A DNA stretch of 63,815 bases, counting the filler, from Vannella sp. (Eukaryota): the NCBI GenBank assembly GCA_023345925.1. It is 7 parts of 7 records of this genome, joined end to end, with 100 filler letters (N's around TTAATTAATTAA, not from the genome) between each part and the next. Parts side by side here need not be neighbours in the genome. Positions count along the whole stretch, not along the records: positions 57,970 to 63,815 come from JAJQQN010000102.1; 6 more parts are not named here. One strand, written 5' to 3'. Under the pieces are notes generated by a model that saw nothing but the letters and a program-made list of their open reading frames with translations, had not been told where the DNA came from and made no database searches. The translations under genes were made by a program, and so were the position numbers. Positions 58,410 to 63,815 of the stretch are shown piece after piece. Within the stretch, counting starts at the first letter, position 1, and every line of letters starts with the position of its first letter.

Positions 58410-59912
58410 ATGGCGGTGACGAGCGAGGAGGTGAACTTCTTGGTTTACCGTTACTTGCAGGAGTCGGGGTTCTCGCACTCTGCGTTCAGTTTCTTTCATG
58501 AAAGCACCATCCCGCGCTCCAATATTAACGGGGCGCATGTCCCTCCTGGTGCTCTTATCAGCCTCTTGCAGCGCGGTCTTCAGTACAAAGAGATGGAAAT
58601 CCATCTCAACGAGGTACCTGCACTTCATGTCTTTCTATCCTTCTCTTACCAAGGTGTAGGATGGTAGTGAGGTCAAATGCAAGGCCCCCTTTAGTGCTGT
58701 GGTGCCGCATCAGTGCGAACTGACGGACGACACGATGGAGATCGACAAAGTAGAGCCTCTCCCTGTCTCTGATGTTCCAGTTATCTTAGAGGATGCCACC
58801 AAGATACTACGCGGACACACTAAGGAGGTCTATGTCTGTTCCTGGAACAGCAAGAAGGAGATAGTCGCAACAGGGTGCGTTGTTCTCCTTCTGTTTCGCT
58901 CTGCTGACCTTGGACGGGGATCAGAGGTGCCGATAACACAGCACGTATTTGGTCTGTATCACCAGATACGAAAGGAGCAGCTGCAGAGCCTGTTGTTCTA
59001 TCGCATGAAGGCCAGGCAGCTCGATTCCCCTCTGATGGCCGAGAGGAGGTGACTATCCTTCAGTGGGACCCCTCTTGCAACTTCCTTGCTACTGGCGCTC
59101 TCGATGGAGTAGCTCGCATCTGGACAGCGAAGGGAACGTTGAAACAGACATTGGTGCAGCATGAGGGCCCAATCTTCTCCCTTAAGTGGAATAGAGAGGG
59201 AAAGTACCTTCTATCTGGCTCAGCAGATCACTCAGTGATCGTGTGGGATGCCTTCGAGGGGACGATGAAGCAAAAGTTCAACTTTCACAGCGCCCCCGTC
59301 CTCGATGTCGACTGGCGCGATAGCAACGCCTTCGCCACGTGTTCTTCTGACCACATGATTCATGTGGGAGAGCTGGGACAGCTTGATTCCCAGCGCAAGT
59401 TTGAAGGCCACCAGAACGAGGTCAATGCCATCCGTTGGTGCCCTGCTGGGAGGCTGTTGGCGTCTTGCTCCGACGATTGCACCGCAAAGATATGGAGTAT
59501 GGACTCCAAGGAACCGCTTCACACACTGAGGGACCACACGAAGGAGCTCTACACTATCGAATGGAGCCCAACGGGAGCTGGAACGGCGTACCCCAACCGG
59601 GATCTGGTCTTGGCGAGCGCTTCTTTCGATGCAACGATCAGATTGTGGGATGTAGAGACTGGCCGCAGCCTTCACAGCCTCGTGCGCCATCAAGAGCCCG
59701 TGTACTCTATCAGTTTCAGCCCAGACGGCCAGTACCTAGCCAGTGGGTCCTTTGACCGCTACGTCCATGTATGGAGCGTGGCAAATGGCCAACTAGTCCG
59801 CTCTTATAGAGGAGGAGGAGGTATCTTTGAAGTGTGTTGGAATGGTCGAGGGGATCGTCTTGCTGCTTGCTTTGACAACAACAACGTGGCTTTGATGGAC
59901 TTTCGCATGTAA
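58410..59912 (+). CDS. TBL1X: TBL1/SIF2/HOS15 LisH-WD40 co-repressor subunit, spliced
   Basis: [61 protein letters not shown]. Confidence 0.93.
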
Positions 59913-61225
59913 TCCCTCTTTTTTCTACTCTAGAATATACTCTCAGATGATAAGGACGCGCTCAAAGAACAATGTACCGGCTCTGCTCTCTCTGGGACAT
60001 TCCCGTCGCCAGGTTGAGCGGTGGAGGTTAGGTGTTGGTGGGATTACAACCCACTTATCGCATCTTTACCGAGAAGTAGAGGATGGTAGGATAGCTGAGA
60101 TCTCTCTACGGTAGTGTGAAAATCCGAGGAATAGATTCTTCGTGACATTCCTTCCCATGGCGCACTTTGACCAAGGAATCAGGATCAGTTGGTGATAATT
60201 GATGTGCGGTTGGGACAAGGCTGGAGCCGCAATCAATTCAATTAGGCATGTTGGGTAACTGACTTAAAAACCACAGTGCACAGATTATCCATTGGCCCTT
60301 TGGAAGCCCAATCGTACTTCAGATTCCTGTCCCCTTCCGATAGTCATTTTGCCGTATTATTTATGAGTTTTTGTCAAATGGACATGATCAGCGAACAAAC
60401 TGTTGGGCCCACTGCTCCTTTGACCACTTCCGCATTTGGTTAACCTTTTCTATGCTCCATTCTCCTGCAAAGGTGTCTTCCCAGGTACTCCTGGAAATGT
60501 AAAGACCCTCTCTGTTTAGGTGAGGCCCACACACACTCCACAAGGCTCTCATTCTGAGCTTCAATATCCTATCCTTCTCATCACGGGCACGTTTGAGCAC
60601 TTTCCACAGCTCCTCAACGTCGGTAGAACCGGTATCCTGGAGGAATGATAGGGTTAAGGGCGCATCTGTTGTTGGAAACTGCATCATCCATCTTTGTAGA
60701 GCTACTCGTGCGGGGTCTTGAAGGGCCAAGAAGAAGTGTTCCCATTTTCTTTTGTTCTTCGGACTTCTTGGAAGATCTCCGAATCGTTCGCAGCGTGCTT
60801 ATGATGTGCTCGATTTTGATTTCATCCCATATCTAAGGTCCAGTGATCACTGTCGATTCGTATGTGGTTATTCCCTCTTTTTCTACTCCGAATCAGTTTG
60901 TTTATCCTGAGAGTTCAGGGTTTGGAGTAGACATTGGCACTCTCCCTTACAAAAGAATTGCAGATTACCATTTATCCATCGCATACGTCTCTCGTGCTGG
61001 TGCTCAGTCAGCATTTCAACAGAGCCGGCAAGTTCTTACAGTAGTGAGACGTGGAGCCATCATTCTTCGAAACACCATTTATGGGAACGAATAGAGCGTA
61101 GCGTTTGCTCCCTATTGGCGGATCCAAAATTTTCCGGGAATTTGGCGATCGCAGAGCCGATCTTGTCTATCTGAACACTTTGAGATGCTGGGAGTTGTCA
61201 GTTTTGTGCGGAACCGGTAGCTTTA

Positions 61226-62608
61226 TTAGTAATAGGAGGTCCTCTTCCCATTCTTATTGAGGCTATCTGTTGAAGGAGAGGCAATCTCAACAGGAATCAT
61301 GAATACTGATCGACCGCAACCAATCTCCGATGCGGATGAGGAGCGTTCAAAGTCGATAGATGATGGGTTGTACCAAAGTCCATTTACCATTCCTACCCAG
61401 TCACTTCCTTCAGGGCGCTTGCCACATGCAGTACGGAGCAGTTGAACGGGTGCAGACCAGAGCTTTCCGCAGTAGGGGCATTTGCACTCGCGTTTCTGGG
61501 TTGTGGTGACTTCCTGCCAGCGCCAGTTGACCCATATCCGTTCTACCCGCGGAGGTAGAGCTTCGTAGAGAGCCTCGACTTCACTGAATAGAGTGCCAAA
61601 CTTGGACCTGATGCTGGACTCAAAGTTCCGTAAGTGCCCCTCTGCCAGAGAAGAGGAACTTTCCAATCCATTCTCTGAAGCGAAGGCCTTCTTGTCCTTG
61701 TCTATCATGTCCATTAAGATGTTGTACATCTGAACCTTCGTGTCCACTTGCATTTGCGGGGACTGGCTTTCCAGGTCCACCAGAGTTGGGTAGAACTTTT
61801 CAGCAATCTGCTGGTACTTTGCTTCCGCCTCGTTCAGTTTGATTGTGGGCTTGATTGAGTTGTAATCGTTCCGAGGAAAGACAACATAGTAGTTCTCGTC
61901 ATCAATGCGGGGGATTGTACGCCTTTCGGAGAAGATTCCAGTTGTAGCTAGATCACTTCTCATCTGCTCTGGTGAAGTGCTGGCCTGCCAGAAGACCACA
62001 TTGGGGATACCAAAGGCGTTGTTGATCTTTTCCTGGAGTTGCTCGTCCTTCCACCAGCTCTCTGTCCTTTTGTCGCACTTTGTGATGCAGACAGCGATGA
62101 TGTCAACGAAGCTGAAGAATCTCTTGGCGTACTCTCGGAGGGTGCTGAGGATGGATGGGATTCTTAGCTCAGCTTCCACACAGATGAGAATGCAGGATAT
62201 GTCTTCCTCATTGAAAACGTCTGCAATCTTCCTGTCTGCTTCCACTTGGGACAAGGCGCCTTCTCCCTCATTCTCTTCTTGTTCACCAGGAGTATTGATG
62301 AATCTGAAGTCGAGCTCCATCTCGGTCGTACAGTCTGAACGAGTATCACAGGATGCATTGGAGCGCTGTCCTCCAACAGAGAGTTCTGAAAAGTCGGACG
62401 AAAGGACCTGCGACGAAGTAGAAACCCCCCTGCGGGAGCCGTATGTCGAGCTCCCGGTACCAGACTGTCCACCATCATGACTTGCATTCGGATCTCCTTG
62501 ATTGTCGGAAGTAGGAGGTGCCATGGCACTTGTAAACTTGTCGTAAATGGACCGCTTCCCGGCGCCTTGTTTACCCAAAAGGATAACGTTCTTGGCTTGC
62601 CTGGTCAT
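61226..62608 (-). CDS. Divergent P-loop GTPase-like protein (AIG1/MMR_HSR1-like) with C-terminal Cys cluster
   Basis: VILLGKQGAGKRS, FINTPG, ITKCD, CKCPYCGKLW...CG. Confidence 0.6.
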   Translation of the reverse strand: MTRQAKNVILLGKQGAGKRSIYDKFTSAMAPPTSDNQGDPNASHDGGQSGTGSSTYGSRRGVSTSSQVLSSDFSELSVGGQRSNASCDTRSDCTTEMELDFRFINTPGEQEENEGEGALSQVEADRKIADVFNEEDISCILICVEAELRIPSILSTLREYAKRFFSFVDIIAVCITKCDKRTESWWKDEQLQEKINNAFGIPNVVFWQASTSPEQMRSDLATTGIFSERRTIPRIDDENYYVVFPRNDYNSIKPTIKLNEAEAKYQQIAEKFYPTLVDLESQSPQMQVDTKVQMYNILMDMIDKDKKAFASENGLESSSSLAEGHLRNFESSIRSKFGTLFSEVEALYEALPPRVERIWVNWRWQEVTTTQKRECKCPYCGKLWSAPVQLLRTACGKRPEGSDWVGMVNGLWYNPSSIDFERSSSASEIGCGRSVFMIPVEIASPSTDSLNKNGKRTSYY

Positions 62609-63084
62609 CTGGCCAAAATGAAATGAGTCTCTGCAAAACGATCAATCCTTTTGTTCTTCGAGAGGGAAGTGAGAGGAAGGAGAAAAGGGAACTGAAAAAG
62701 AGAAAAGGGAACTGATGAAAGTGATGAAAGTGGTGAAAGTGAAGGCAGTTATGGGATTGTACAATCAGGGAACAGAAGAAAACAGTGAGATAAAGCGTAA
62801 TATCCGCTGTTTCGGGTCTTCCGAGAGAGGCATCGGTTGTTTGCTCTGAATCATCCATCCCTCTTCATAAGTTCTGTTCTCCTGCTTCATCAAAGATTGG
62901 GAGAACAACCGACTAATCAGTGTAGTAAGGTCTCTGAATGAAGGTTCACAGAAGCATCCTAATGTACATCTTGTGGCTTGTAATTGCTTCCTTTGTTGAC
63001 ACATTGAGGTGGCAACAAAAGAAACTAGCTGGCGTATCTTTGAATCAAAGACACTGCAGACTTGCTGGTTATGAGAATGATAAC

Positions 63085-63495
63085 AGAGTGGAGAAGAGAC
63101 ATTGCTTGAGTACGGCGCAGTACTTTCTCGACAACTGCGCCATGTTTGCCGCTCCAGACTACACACCTGACGATGCAGACATCCTCCGCTCGGCTTGAGA
63201 CCAACACCATCCCTGAGATCTCCTTTATTGTCAATTAGAGGGAGTTCACGCTCGTGGACTTCTCCGGTCAATGCGTGGAAGAAGTGGATTCACTGCTTCC
63301 AAGACTTCACTGTAATAATCTTCTGTGTCGAAATGAACGAGTACGACATGCTGCTGGAGGACAACACCACCAATCGTCTACAAGAGTCTTTGAGATTCTG
63401 AGTACCTTTCGAAGAAGTTCAAGGAAATGGACAGAAGGCGCCGTGTCATCTCTCACTTTCTCACGGCCACAGACACCAAGAATGTTCGTAAAGTG
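63085..63495 (+). pseudogene. Heterotrimeric G-protein alpha subunit pseudogene
   Basis: Fragments in shifting frames: [20 protein letters not shown] / [20 protein letters not shown] / [35 protein letters not shown] / HFLTATDTKNVRKV. Contains stops and frameshifts, and the NKxD region is missing. Confidence 0.85.
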
Positions 63496-63815
63496 ACTTC
63501 CTTCAAGTCTTACGTCTAGTAGTTCTCTAGGAAGCAAAATGTGCCGAAAGCACTCTTTGAGCTCAAGATCGTCTGGAATACAGAAGTCTCTTGATCATGA
63601 GAAGCTGTTAAACGGTCATGAAGAACTGATTCTGGTCATAGTTAGCAGTGGGACTGGAATGAGGAGGATACCATGGAACAACGCATTTATACGCATGCAG
63701 GAGGTAACGTAGTCGTTTCTATCTACTCAGAGGAGAGACAGGGGCTGGACTCTATCGCACTTCGAGCGGACTTCTTTTTCTGCCCTTCGCCAACCAGAGT
63801 CTCAAAAGATGAGTT

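Noticed and set aside
225..59912. Alternative genetic code or non-canonical introns to explain fragmented ORFs
   Set aside because: Every break I examined in conserved genes resolves with ordinary short GT-AG introns, and TAA, TAG and TGA all act as stops.

Overview
Compact, intron-containing nuclear DNA of a microbial eukaryote. The gene content (WASH, Zizimin-type DOCK, LRR-RasGEF, cNMP-GRAM-cNMP module, Zn2Cys6 factor, B12-dependent mutase, selenoprotein) fits an amoebozoan-like protist; this is inference, not proven. The window concatenates 7 contigs joined by artificial 100-nt linkers (N44-TTAATTAATTAA-N44), so adjacency across linkers is meaningless. About 35 genes with short (mostly 45-70 nt) GT-AG introns and very short intergenic spacers can be reconstructed, most of them housekeeping or signalling genes. 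Best findings: (1) a 4-exon selenoprotein K gene missed by the ORF track (32756-33185), with an in-frame UGA, a well-formed SECIS and an unusual U-x4-C C-terminus; (2) a high-Mr thioredoxin reductase ending in a Sec-free CxxC tail (GGCPSCS); (3) a DUSP-UBL-MIF4G fusion protein; (4) an LRR-mucin-GPS single-pass receptor with one LRR per 69-nt exon; (5) an RGS-cNMP-GRAM-cNMP gene in frame with the downstream DOCK GEF across a single stop; (6) intron-bearing bacterial-type FabH and alpha/beta-hydrolase genes; (7) a GIY-YIG/T5orf172-like ORF abutting telomere-like repeats; (8) a recurrent initiator-like YCANTY motif just upstream of many start codons. All calls come from motif recognition by eye; no database search was run.
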